A DNA stretch of 64,000 nucleotides from Actinomycetota bacterium (GTDB lineage: Bacteria > Actinomycetota > Acidimicrobiia > Acidimicrobiales > JAJPHD01): assembly GCA_021325455.1 (NCBI GenBank), contig JAJPHD010000026.1, forward strand, positions 400,387 through 464,386, read 5' to 3'. A program made the translations under genes and the position numbers. This document shows, one piece after another, positions 49,898 through 58,624 of this stretch. Each line of letters starts with the position of its first letter. Position 1 is the stretch's first letter. The notes below the pieces were generated by a model that made no database searches, was not told where the DNA came from, and saw only the letters and a program-made list of their open reading frames with translations.

Positions 49898-50974
49898 TCA
49901 GGGGACCGGTGAGGCCGCCTCACCGACCCGGTCCACCCAGAGGGCGGGCTGGCGGATCTCGGCCAGCGAGGGCAGCCACTCCGGCCCTTGCCAGGCCCGG
50001 TCGAGGAAACCCCTCCCCTGGGACCGCTCGACGGCCTCGATGAACCGCTCACCCTCCTCGTACTGGCGCAGCTTGGCCTCGAGGCCGATCAGCTGCTGCA
50101 GGAGGCGGGCCGGCCCCCTCACCGAGTGGCGCCTCTCCCGCAGGACCCTGCTGAACCGCCCCGCGCTCGGGATGCGGGCGGCGCCGGCGCGGTCCATGGT
50201 GACGTCCCCGTGGCCCTCCAGGAGGCTCATGAGGCTCTGGATCCGCTCCATGATCCGGCGCTGGTCCTCACTGGCAACCACCCCCACAAGCCCCTCGGCC
50301 AGGGGATTGCGCCCCGCCAGGAGCTCGTCCACCAGCCTCTTCAGGGCTTCGAGGAACTGGCGCGGGTCGGGTTCAAGGGTGCCCAGGCCCTGCTCCACCA
50401 GGGAGACGAAGTAGCCCCTCATCCAGGGGATCCCCGTGAACTGGGCCCGGTGGGTGACCTCGTGGAGGGCCAGCCACAAGCGGAACTCCCTCGGCGGGAA
50501 GGCGAAGCGCTTCTCGAGCCCGAGGACGTTGGGACCGACGTAGTAGACGATGTCCTGGTCCTCGGGACGGTCGTCCTCCACCAGGAGCAGGTCGTACTGG
50601 CCGAGGACCCGGGTCGACATCCAGCCGAGGAGGGTGCCCATCTGCAGCCCGGCCACCGCCCGGCTGGCCGGGGCGACCGGGCTGCTGGCCAGCTTGGGGC
50701 CCAGCTTGTCGGTGATGGGGCGGAGGAGGCGGCGGAAGGAGGCCACGTTGGCCCGCACCCAACCGGGCCGGTCGGTCACCCGGGCCCGGGCCGGACCGGA
50801 CAGGGACCGCAGCCCCGTGGCCGAGGCCACCAGCTCCTCGGCCTGGGCGGTGAGCTCCTCGAAGTCCGGTTGCAGGGAGGCATAGTGGTAGGACTCGGCC
50901 AGCGGTTCCCGCCCCGCCACGCGCACCGCCACCCTCTCTGCCAGGTCCCAGGACACCGCTTCGCTCACGTCCAC
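49898..50974 (-). CDS. Zinc-dependent metalloprotease (DUF2342/TIGR03624-like)
   Basis: HExxH is present in LALHEVTHRAQF. Segments VSWDLAERVA and GWVRANV support the family call. The position next to tilS is the usual actinobacterial one. Confidence 0.75.
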   Translation of the reverse strand: MDVSEAVSWDLAERVAVRVAGREPLAESYHYASLQPDFEELTAQAEELVASATGLRSLSGPARARVTDRPGWVRANVASFRRLLRPITDKLGPKLASSPVAPASRAVAGLQMGTLLGWMSTRVLGQYDLLLVEDDRPEDQDIVYYVGPNVLGLEKRFAFPPREFRLWLALHEVTHRAQFTGIPWMRGYFVSLVEQGLGTLEPDPRQFLEALKRLVDELLAGRNPLAEGLVGVVASEDQRRIMERIQSLMSLLEGHGDVTMDRAGAARIPSAGRFSRVLRERRHSVRGPARLLQQLIGLEAKLRQYEEGERFIEAVERSQGRGFLDRAWQGPEWLPSLAEIRQPALWVDRVGEAASPVP

Positions 50975-51061
50975 ACCTCTCTCGTACCCCAGTCTGGCCT
51001 CCGGGGCCCGGGGACGACAGCCGAAGCGGACCAGAGGCCCGCGCCCTGGGCTCGGTGGTGG

Positions 51062-51274
51062 TCAGGCGATCTTCTTGCCGCGGGTCCTCGGGACCACCAT
51101 GGGCTCGTGCCGGTAGCAGTAGCGGCCCTCGTTGTACATGGACAGCCGGGTCCCGCAGCCTTCCTCCTGGCAGACCCTTCCCCTCCCGAAGGAGCGGGAT
51201 GGACGGTCGCTGCCCGAGATCGGCGTACCCCCAACCGCTCGCTCACTCATGCCACCGGCTAACGCCCGGTCCAC
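51062..51274 (-). CDS. Small zinc-ribbon-like hypothetical protein (62-70 aa)
   Basis: The motif C-x4-C-x12-C-x2-H lies in CQEEGCGTRLSMYNEGRYCYRHE. GTG 51274 is 5 nt after the rsrA stop; an alternative ATG is at 51250. The C-terminal tail PRTRGKKIA is basic. Confidence 0.5.
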   Translation of the reverse strand: MDRALAGGMSERAVGGTPISGSDRPSRSFGRGRVCQEEGCGTRLSMYNEGRYCYRHEPMVVPRTRGKKIA

Positions 51275-51279
51275 CCTGC

Positions 51280-51594
51280 CTATTCCGCCGGTTTCCCGCT
51301 GCCCCCGCCCTCCTGGCCGGCACCTCCAGGACTGTCGTCCCGGCTGGCCTCGTAGCGGAGGGCGGCCGCCACCCGGGCCCGCAGCCTGTCAGGCACGTGA
51401 TCCCGGCACCGGGCAGCTATCACCTGGCGCAGCTCGGCCTCGAAGTCGAACACCTCGAGGCAGGGCTGGCACTCGTCCAGATGGCGGCGGATCTGGGCCC
51501 GCCGGTCCTCGGTCAGCTCCCCGTCCAGGAAGTGGTAGAGCCGGTGGATCACCTGCTCGCAGTCGTCGGGCCAGGAGCCTTCCGAGCCCCTCAT
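51280..51594 (-). CDS. rsrA: Zinc-associated anti-sigma factor (RsrA/RshA type)
   Basis: The HxxxCxxC motif is in RHLDECQPC, with an upstream Cys in DDCEQV. The gene lies immediately downstream of sigH. Confidence 0.85.
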   Translation of the reverse strand: MRGSEGSWPDDCEQVIHRLYHFLDGELTEDRRAQIRRHLDECQPCLEVFDFEAELRQVIAARCRDHVPDRLRARVAAALRYEASRDDSPGGAGQEGGGSGKPAE

Positions 51595-51615
51595 GCTTCC
51601 ATCTCCTACCGACTC

Positions 51616-52188
51616 CTAACGACCGCTGGCCTCGACCAGACCCCGTTGCGTACCGAACTCCACCAACGCCTTCTGCAGCGCTCTTCTTCCGCGATGCAGG
51701 CGGCTCATCACGGTTCCTATGGGGACGTCGGTGATGTCAGCGATCTCTTTGTAGGAGAATCCTTCCACGTCGGCGAGCAGCACGGCCATACGGAACTGCT
51801 CGGGCAGTGACTCCAGGGCCGCCTTCACCACATCGTCGGTGAAGCTGTCCAGGACCTCCTCCTCAGCGCTGCGGCCGGCCGAAGCGGCCTCCAGGGCACC
51901 GAGACGGCGATAGAGGTAGAGGTCCTCCACATCCTCTATGTCGCTCTCCTCCGGCCTCCGGCGCTTGGAGCGATAGGAGTTGATGTAGGTGTTGGTGAGG
52001 ATCTTGTAGAGCCAGGCCTTGAGGTTGGTCCCCTCCTGGAAGCCCCCGAAACCCCGGTAGGCCTTGAGGTAGGTCTCCTGGACCAGGTCCTCGGCCTCGG
52101 AGGGGTTGCGGGTCATGCGCAGGGCGGCGCTGTAGAGCGCAGGCATGTACTCCATCGCCTGATCTGCGAAGCTCGCCCGGTCGGCCAT
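51616..52188 (-). CDS. sigH: ECF sigma factor SigH/SigR type
   Basis: Region 2 is [29 protein letters not shown]. Region 4 is [41 protein letters not shown]. Confidence 0.9.
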   Translation of the reverse strand: MADRASFADQAMEYMPALYSAALRMTRNPSEAEDLVQETYLKAYRGFGGFQEGTNLKAWLYKILTNTYINSYRSKRRRPEESDIEDVEDLYLYRRLGALEAASAGRSAEEEVLDSFTDDVVKAALESLPEQFRMAVLLADVEGFSYKEIADITDVPIGTVMSRLHRGRRALQKALVEFGTQRGLVEASGR

Positions 52189-52210
52189 ATGCCTGAACCC
52201 TACCCAGGCC

Positions 52211-52768
52211 CTAACCCAGCGGGGCGTGCGGGGAGGCCTTGACCGTCACGTCCACCCCGCTCTCCATCAGCTCCCGGATCTCCCGCAAGGCCCGCTTGCG
52301 CTCCGGGCCTTCCAGCCGGTCCACGAACAGCACCCCGTCCAGGTGATCGGTCTCGTGCGCCAGGCAGCGGGCCAGGCGCTCCGTCCCTTCCACCTGGACG
52401 GGCTCGCCGTGGACGTCGAAGCCCCTGGCCAGGATCCGGTAGGGACGGGGCAGCTTGTAATAGAGGCCGGGAATGGACAAGCACCCTTCCTCGTCCTCCA
52501 CCTGCTCGGGGCTCTGCTCCGCCAGCACGGGGTTGACGAGGTGGCCGTACCTGAAGCGCTCGGGGTCGTCAGGGTCGCTCAGGGCGTACACGAAGACCCG
52601 AAGGCCCACCCCGATCTGGGGAGCGGCCAGGCCGGCCCCGTTGGCGTCATGGAGCGTCTCGGACAGGTCGGCCACGAGGCGCTCCAGGGACCGGTCGAAC
52701 TCCGTCACCTCGCCTGCCCTGGTCCGCAGCAGTGGGTCCCCTACGAGCCGGATGGGGCGAACGGTCAC
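52211..52768 (-). CDS. def: Peptide deformylase
   Basis: Motifs [18 protein letters not shown] and HETDHLDG are all present. Confidence 0.92.
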   Translation of the reverse strand: MTVRPIRLVGDPLLRTRAGEVTEFDRSLERLVADLSETLHDANGAGLAAPQIGVGLRVFVYALSDPDDPERFRYGHLVNPVLAEQSPEQVEDEEGCLSIPGLYYKLPRPYRILARGFDVHGEPVQVEGTERLARCLAHETDHLDGVLFVDRLEGPERKRALREIRELMESGVDVTVKASPHAPLG

Positions 52769-52906
52769 CCCCCAAGTGTAGGGGCAGGCCGTTCCCGCCC
52801 CACCGGCCGCCTCCTCGTGGGGACCACAGCCCGGGCCGTCCCGGGCGGCGCCCCCGGCCAGGGGGCCTCACCCCGGGCCGCCCTGGCGACGGCCTAGGGT
52901 TGGGGC

Positions 52907-53593
52907 GTGCACGACTCGTTCAGCGAGCCGGCCCGTCAGGTCATGGCCCTGGCCGAGGCCGAGGCCAGGGCCCTCGGCCATGCCCACATCGGCACCGAGC
53001 ACCTGCTCCTCGCCCTCATGGTCGACGAAGGCGGTCAGGTGGCCCGGGACCTGGCCCGGGCCGGCGCCACCCTCCATCCCGCCCGGGCCAAGGTGGCAGA
53101 GGCAGTGGGACGCAACAGCGCCGATCCCGGCGGGGTGCACCCCGCTGACACCGGCGGCCCGGCCCTGCCCCTCACGGCCCGGGCCAGCCGGGCCCTGGAG
53201 CGGGCCTCTCGCTTTTGCTTCCAGCGCCGGGACGGAGAGGTGCAGCCCGTCCACATCCTCCTCGGCGTCCTCGACGTGGAGGGCACCGCCGGCCAGGTGC
53301 TGCGGGGCCTGGGGGTGGACGTGGGCCAGCTGCACGACCTGGTGGGGTCGGGCCGCCCCGAGCCGCGGGAGCCGGCCCCCGCTCCCGTGCGGGCCCGGCC
53401 CGTGCCCGGCGCCGAGCCCCGTGGGCCCCGCTGCCAGTCCTGCGGGGTGGGCCTCGAGGCCGTGCTGGGGCACCGGCTCCTCACGGCCCGGGACCCTGCT
53501 GGCGTGCCCCGGGCCTTCCTGGTCACATACTGCTCGGCCTGCGGGGCCGCCCTGGGGGCGGCCCCGGCGCCCACCGGGCTCGGCCATGGCTGA
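52907..53593 (+). CDS. Clp N-terminal-domain (two Clp_N repeats) protein with a C-terminal CxxC...CxxC segment
   Basis: Repeat 1 is ARQVMALAEAEARALGHAHIGTEHLLLAL. Repeat 2 is ASRALERA...VQPVHILLGVLDVEGTAGQVL. A Pro-rich linker follows, then CQSCG-N30-CSACG. There is no AAA+ module. The start is GTG. Confidence 0.75.
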   Translation: MHDSFSEPARQVMALAEAEARALGHAHIGTEHLLLALMVDEGGQVARDLARAGATLHPARAKVAEAVGRNSADPGGVHPADTGGPALPLTARASRALERASRFCFQRRDGEVQPVHILLGVLDVEGTAGQVLRGLGVDVGQLHDLVGSGRPEPREPAPAPVRARPVPGAEPRGPRCQSCGVGLEAVLGHRLLTARDPAGVPRAFLVTYCSACGAALGAAPAPTGLGHG

Positions 53594-53635
53594 GCGCCCT
53601 GCGCCCCCTCACCGGGAGGCCAGCACCGGCCCGCC

Positions 53636-53663
53636 GGGAATCTGAATCGGGTCCCAAACTGTT
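53636..53663 (+). promoter_or_regulatory. Candidate SigH/SigR-type promoter upstream of marR
   Basis: GGGAAT-N19-GTT runs from 53636-53641 to 53661-63. The SigR/SigH consensus as I recall it is GGAAT/GGAAC-N18-GTT, so the spacer is 1 nt longer. It is followed by an AT-rich patch TAGACTGACTAACTGATAG and the RBS GGGAGAG. Confidence 0.25.
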
Positions 53664-53702
53664 AGACTGACTAACTGATAGCCAGTAGAGGGAGAGCCGC
53701 CC

Positions 53703-54209
53703 ATGAAGGACGAACGGCGCTCAGCCGGCCGGGCCGCCGCCGTGGAGAGGTTCCTGGAGCTGCGCCCGACGGTCGTGGCCCGCATGCAGGCCTCGGTCCC
53801 AGACGAGCTCCAGGCCGAGCTCAAGCCCATCACCCTTCACCAGCTCCAAGCCCTGTCCAGCCTCCCCGCCGAGGGTATGACCATGCACGAGCTGGCCTCC
53901 TCGCTCAAGGTCAGCGGGGCCACCGCATCGTCCCTGGCAGACCGCCTGGTGGCCCAGGGCCTCGTGCGCCGGACCACCGATCCCACTGACCGGCGCGTCG
54001 TGCGCCTCGTGCCCAGCCCCAAGGGCCGGTCCCTGGCCCGCCGCCACCGTGAGGCCCAGCGCCGGGCCGTGGCGGGGCTGCTCGACCTCCTGTCCGACGA
54101 TCAGGTGGCGGCCTGGCTAGACATCATGGAGACCCTGGCCGCCGCAGGAGCCGAAGCCCGCCCCGGGCATGCCGCCCCCGTCCGCCAGCTGGCGGAGGTG
54201 AGGCGGTGA
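53703..54209 (+). CDS. MarR-family transcriptional regulator
   Basis: Segments LHQLQALSSL, MHELASSLKVSGATASSLADRLVAQGLVRRTTDPTDRRVVRL support a winged HTH. Confidence 0.85.
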   Translation: MKDERRSAGRAAAVERFLELRPTVVARMQASVPDELQAELKPITLHQLQALSSLPAEGMTMHELASSLKVSGATASSLADRLVAQGLVRRTTDPTDRRVVRLVPSPKGRSLARRHREAQRRAVAGLLDLLSDDQVAAWLDIMETLAAAGAEARPGHAAPVRQLAEVRR

Positions 54210-56107
54210 GCTTGCCCGGCCTCAAGCAGAGGCGCTCCCAGCGCCACTCAGGGGAAGATCCTTACCAGGGGAAGTGGTCGACGCTCTCCAACACCACCTT
54301 GGGCGTCCTCATGGCCACCATCGACGCCTCGATCGTGTTGATCTCGCTCCCGGACATCTTCCGGGGCATCCACCTGAACCCCCTCCTGCCCGGCAATACC
54401 AGCTACTTCCTGTGGCTGCTCATGGGTTACATGGTGGTCACCGCCGTGCTGGTGGTGAGCTTCGGGCGCCTGGGCGACATCTTCGGCCGGGTCCGCATGT
54501 ACAACGCCGGCTTCGCCATCTTCGCCCTCTTCTCGATCCTCCTGTCGGTGACCCCCTTCACGGGCCCGGTGGGAGCCATCTACATGATCGTGACCCGGGT
54601 GTTCCAGGGGGTGGGGGGCGCCTTCATCATGGCCAACTCCACTGCCATCCTCACCGACGCCTTCCCTCCCGACCAGCGCGGCCTGGCTCTGGGGACCAAC
54701 ACCGTGGCCGGTATCGCCGGGTCCTTCATCGGCCTGGTGCTCGGGGGGATCCTGGGCCCCATCGACTGGAGGCTGGTCTTCCTGATCTCGGTGCCGGTCG
54801 GCGTGGCCGGCACCATCTGGGCCTACATCAACCTGGTCGAGAAGGGCGTGCGCACGCCGGCCAAGATCGACTGGATAGGCAACTCCCTCTTCGCCGTGGG
54901 GCTGGTGGCCCTGCTAGTGGGGATCGTGTACGGCATCGAGCCCTACGGTGGCCACGCCATGGGCTGGACCAACCCGGCCGTGATCGGGGCCCTGGCAGGG
55001 GGCATCGCCGCCCTGGTCCTGTTCGTCTGGGTGGAGACCAAGGTAGAGGCGCCCATGTTCCGCATCCCCCTGTTCAGGATCAGGGCCTTCGCCGCCGGGA
55101 ACCTGGCCAGCCTGATGGCCGCCCTGGGGCGAGGGGGGCTCATGTTCATCCTCATCATCTGGCTGCAGGGGATCTGGCTGCCCCGCCACGGCTACAGCTT
55201 CACCTCCACCCCCTTGTGGGCCGGCATATACATGCTCCCGCTGACCTTCGGCTTCCTGCTGGCCGGCCCGGTGTCGGGCTACCTTTCGGACCACTTCGGC
55301 GCCCGGCCCTTCGCCACGGGTGGGATGCTGCTGGCCGCCCTCAGCTTCGGGCTCCTCGAGCTGCTGCCCATCAACTTCAACTACGTGTGGTTCGCCCTGC
55401 TGCTGCTCCTGAACGGCCTGGCCATGGGGATCTTCTCCTCCCCCAACCGGGCCGGGATCATGAACAGCCTGCCCCCCGACGAGCGGGGGCAGGGAGCGGG
55501 GATGGTCTCCACCTCCCAGAACGCCGCCATGGTGCTTTCCATCGGCATCTTCTTCACCCTCATCATCGTGGGGCTGTCCTCCCACCTCCCCCACGCCCTC
55601 TACGCCGGCCTGACGGCCCAGGGGGTCCCCAAGCAGGACGCGGCCAAGCTGGCTGGCCTCCCCCCCACCTCGACGGTCTTCGGAGCCTTCCTCGGCTACA
55701 ACCCGATCAAGAGCCTGCTCGGGCCCACGGGGGTGCTGTCCCACCTCCCCCATGCCAAGGCCGCCTACCTGACGGGGCGTTCCTTCTTCCCCAACCTGAT
55801 CTCGCCGCCCTTCGCCGCCGGACTGCACGAGGCGTTCGACTTCGCCATCATCGCCGTCCTCATCGCCGCCGCGGCCTCCTGGTTCCGGGGCAAGAAGTAC
55901 TACTACCAACCCGAGCGCGCCACGCCTGCCAACAACCCTGCCGGGGTGGCGCCGACTATCCCTCCAGCGCCGGGTGTCGGTCGGCCCACGGCGCCGCCTC
56001 CTCGATCTGGGAGGCGATCCGCACCAGCAGGTCCTCGCGGCCATAGGCGGCGACAAGCTGGACACCAACCGGCAGGCCGCCGGCCGTCCAGTGGAGAGGC
56101 AGGCTGA
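54206..56107 (+). CDS. MFS transporter, DHA2 (14-TMS) type
   Basis: Segments IDASIVLISLPDI, GRLGDIFGRVRMY and VFQGVGGAFIMANS support the call. GTG 54206 overlaps the marR TGA. The low-complexity C-terminal tail overlaps the convergent amidase by 152 nt. Confidence 0.85.
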   Translation: MSLPGLKQRRSQRHSGEDPYQGKWSTLSNTTLGVLMATIDASIVLISLPDIFRGIHLNPLLPGNTSYFLWLLMGYMVVTAVLVVSFGRLGDIFGRVRMYNAGFAIFALFSILLSVTPFTGPVGAIYMIVTRVFQGVGGAFIMANSTAILTDAFPPDQRGLALGTNTVAGIAGSFIGLVLGGILGPIDWRLVFLISVPVGVAGTIWAYINLVEKGVRTPAKIDWIGNSLFAVGLVALLVGIVYGIEPYGGHAMGWTNPAVIGALAGGIAALVLFVWVETKVEAPMFRIPLFRIRAFAAGNLASLMAALGRGGLMFILIIWLQGIWLPRHGYSFTSTPLWAGIYMLPLTFGFLLAGPVSGYLSDHFGARPFATGGMLLAALSFGLLELLPINFNYVWFALLLLLNGLAMGIFSSPNRAGIMNSLPPDERGQGAGMVSTSQNAAMVLSIGIFFTLIIVGLSSHLPHALYAGLTAQGVPKQDAAKLAGLPPTSTVFGAFLGYNPIKSLLGPTGVLSHLPHAKAAYLTGRSFFPNLISPPFAAGLHEAFDFAIIAVLIAAAASWFRGKKYYYQPERATPANNPAGVAPTIPPAPGVGRPTAPPPRSGRRSAPAGPRGHRRRQAGHQPAGRRPSSGEAG

Positions 56108-57386
56108 TGGCCGGCTGCCCGGTCATGTTGAACTGGGCGGTGTAGGGGATGTAGCTCACGATGCGGGGCCCTTCGGCCTCGGGCCCCTCCGCCGTGAACC
56201 AGCCCAGCTCCGGCGGAGGGGCGCCCACCGTCGGGGTGAGGAGGAGGTCGTGGTCCTCCCACCACTGGGCCATGCTCCGGGCCCACATGGAGACCCAGGC
56301 CCGGCTCTGCAGGTAGGGCACCACGCCCATGGACCGGCCCGCCCCGCGATAGGCCAGGTTCCGGGGCTCGATCTCCTCGTCGCCGATGGACCGGCCTATC
56401 AGCAGCTCGAAGGCCTGGAACATGGCCTCGCTGTCGGCAGCGATGATGGCAGTGAAGTGCTGGACCAGCTCGGGCTCGAAAAGGGCCGGGGGGAAACCCT
56501 CCTCGACATGGTGGCCCAGTGACTCGAGCAGGCTCGCCGCTCCCTCCACCGCCGCACGGCACTCGGGGTCGTCCAGGTACACGGCCTGCCCGGGCCGGTC
56601 AACGAACCCGACGCGCAGGGACCCGGGATCGGCGCCCACCTCGTCCCGGAGGGGGCGGGGCCACGGGGGGGCGTAGTAGGGCTCTCCCGGCATGCGGGTG
56701 CTTATGGCGTCCAGCACGGCGGCGGCATCACGCACCGAGCGGGTGAGGGCCCCGTCTATGGTGCCCCCGGCCCAGCCCTCGCCCACCAGCGGCCCCTGGC
56801 TCACCCGCCCCCTGGTGGGCTTCAGCCCCACCACTCCGCACTCGCTGGCGGGGATGCGGATGGAGCCTCCCCCGTCGTTGCCGTGGGCCACCGGCACCAT
56901 CCCGCTTGCCACTGCCGCTGCCGATCCCCCCGAAGACCCTCCCGCGGAGTACCTCGGGTCCCAGGGGTTGCGAGCGGGCGGGAAGCTCATCGGCTCCGTG
57001 GTGACCGTGGTGCCGCACTCGGGGACATTGGTGCGCCCGAGGCACAAGAACCCCGCCTCCCGGAACTGCTCGGCCAAGTAAGAGGTCACCGGCCAGCGGT
57101 AGCCCCGCAGCGGCCCCAGCCCGAAGGCCGTCTCCTCCCCCTCCACCAGGCAGCCCAGGTCCTTGAAGAGGATGGGCACCCCCCGGAACGGACCGGGCGG
57201 CACCTCGCCCGCCGCCTCCTCCCGGGCCCGGTCGAAGCGCTCCCGGACCACCAGGTCCAGCTTGGGGTTGAGGGCCTCGATGCGGGCGACGGCCGCCTCG
57301 ACCAGCTCCTTGGGGGAGACCTCGCCCCTGCTCACCAGCTCGGCCTGGGCCGTCGCGTCCAGCCACGTCACGTCGTCCACGGGCAT
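55956..57386 (-). CDS. Amidase (amidase-signature family)
   Basis: The segment GGSSGGSAAAVASGMVPVAHGNDGGGSIRIPASECGVVGLKPTRGR supports the call. The preferred start is ATG 57386. Confidence 0.85.
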   Translation of the reverse strand: MPVDDVTWLDATAQAELVSRGEVSPKELVEAAVARIEALNPKLDLVVRERFDRAREEAAGEVPPGPFRGVPILFKDLGCLVEGEETAFGLGPLRGYRWPVTSYLAEQFREAGFLCLGRTNVPECGTTVTTEPMSFPPARNPWDPRYSAGGSSGGSAAAVASGMVPVAHGNDGGGSIRIPASECGVVGLKPTRGRVSQGPLVGEGWAGGTIDGALTRSVRDAAAVLDAISTRMPGEPYYAPPWPRPLRDEVGADPGSLRVGFVDRPGQAVYLDDPECRAAVEGAASLLESLGHHVEEGFPPALFEPELVQHFTAIIAADSEAMFQAFELLIGRSIGDEEIEPRNLAYRGAGRSMGVVPYLQSRAWVSMWARSMAQWWEDHDLLLTPTVGAPPPELGWFTAEGPEAEGPRIVSYIPYTAQFNMTGQPAISLPLHWTAGGLPVGVQLVAAYGREDLLVRIASQIEEAAPWADRHPALEG

Positions 57387-57472
57387 GCCACCGTACCACC
57401 GGGGTCCCGGGAAGCCACGGGGAGGCACAATGACCCCTGTTTCCTATCCCCCATCCTCTTCGCTCACCCGGG

Positions 57473-58021
57473 GTGGCCTCACATCCGAGCCTTCTGGCAC
57501 GTTTACCTGTCGTGGCAGGAGGTCAGGAGCGGGAGCCCTTCGAGCGGGTGGTCGAGCGGCACGGGAACACCGTCCTCAGGGTGTGCAGGGCCCTGATCGG
57601 CCCCGACGGGGCCGAGGACGCCTGGTCGGAGACCTTCCTCGCTGCCCTGCGGGCCTACCCGCGGCTCCGCCCCGGAAGCAACGTCGAGGCCTGGCTGGTG
57701 ACCATCGCCCACCGCAAGGCCATCGATCATGCACGGGCCAGCGGGTCCCGTGCCCTGCCCCGCGCCGACCTGCCCGAGGTGCCCAGCCCCACCGGCGTCC
57801 CGGGGGAGTCGGGCTCCTGGGAGTCCGACCTCTGGCCGGCCCTGGCCGCCCTGCCGGCCAAGCAGCGCCAGGCCGTCGCCTACCACCACCTGGCGGGCCT
57901 CCCCTACGCCGAGGTCGCCGCCGTGGTGGGAGGCTCCGCCCAGGCTGCTCGCCGGGCCGCCGCCGACGGCATAGCGGCGCTGCGAAAGGCGCGCCAGCGC
58001 AGCGAGAGGAGGAGGCCATGA
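57473..58021 (+). CDS. ECF-type sigma-70 family sigma factor
   Basis: Region 2 is AEDAWSETFLAAL..VEAWLVTIAHRKAIDHAR. Region 4 is LPAKQRQAVAYHHLAGLPYAEVAAVVGGSAQAARRAAADGIAALR. The start is uncertain (GTG 57473 or GTG 57512). Confidence 0.8.
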   Translation: MASHPSLLARLPVVAGGQEREPFERVVERHGNTVLRVCRALIGPDGAEDAWSETFLAALRAYPRLRPGSNVEAWLVTIAHRKAIDHARASGSRALPRADLPEVPSPTGVPGESGSWESDLWPALAALPAKQRQAVAYHHLAGLPYAEVAAVVGGSAQAARRAAADGIAALRKARQRSERRRP

Positions 58022-58614
58022 CGATCTGGCCGGAGGCCATGCAGGAGGTGGGTGCCGCGGAGAGGGAGAGGCTGCACGCCAAGCTGGAGGAGGCCGCGGG
58101 CCGGGCCGGCCTCCTGGACGTCGCCTACCGCACCCTGGACACCCCCATAGGCAGGCTCCTCCTGGCCGCCACCGAGCAGGGGCTGGTGCGGGTGGCCTTC
58201 GCCCACGAGGACTCCGACCGGGTGCTGGAGGAGCTGTCCCGGGCCATCAGCCCCCGGGTCCTGCGGGCCCCGGGCCGGTTGGACGAGGCGGCCCGGGAGA
58301 TCGAGGAGTATTTCGCCCGGCGCCGGCGGGAGTTCGAGGTACCCGTGGACCTGAGGTTGTCCAAGGGGTTCCGGCGCCAGGTGCTGGCCCGGCTGCCGAC
58401 GATCTCCTACGGCAAGACGGCCAGCTACGGGGCCCTGGCTGCTGCCGTGGGTCACCCCGGGGCGGCCCGGGCCGTGGGGACGGCCTGCGCCACCAACCCC
58501 GTCCCCATCGTCGTGCCCTGCCACCGGGTCGTGCGAAGCGACGGCTCCCCCGGTCAGTACGGGGGCGGGACCGAGACCAAGGTGGCCCTGCTGGAGATGG
58601 AGGCGGCCGGATAG
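58018..58614 (+). CDS. ogt: Methylated-DNA--protein-cysteine S-methyltransferase (Ogt/MGMT)
   Basis: The active site is IVVPCHRVV. Segments TISYGKTASYGALA and NPVPIVV support the call. ATG 58018 overlaps the sigma-factor TGA (ATGA) and follows AGGAGGAGG. Confidence 0.9.
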   Translation: MTIWPEAMQEVGAAERERLHAKLEEAAGRAGLLDVAYRTLDTPIGRLLLAATEQGLVRVAFAHEDSDRVLEELSRAISPRVLRAPGRLDEAAREIEEYFARRRREFEVPVDLRLSKGFRRQVLARLPTISYGKTASYGALAAAVGHPGAARAVGTACATNPVPIVVPCHRVVRSDGSPGQYGGGTETKVALLEMEAAG

Positions 58615-58624
58615 CGGCGGGGCA

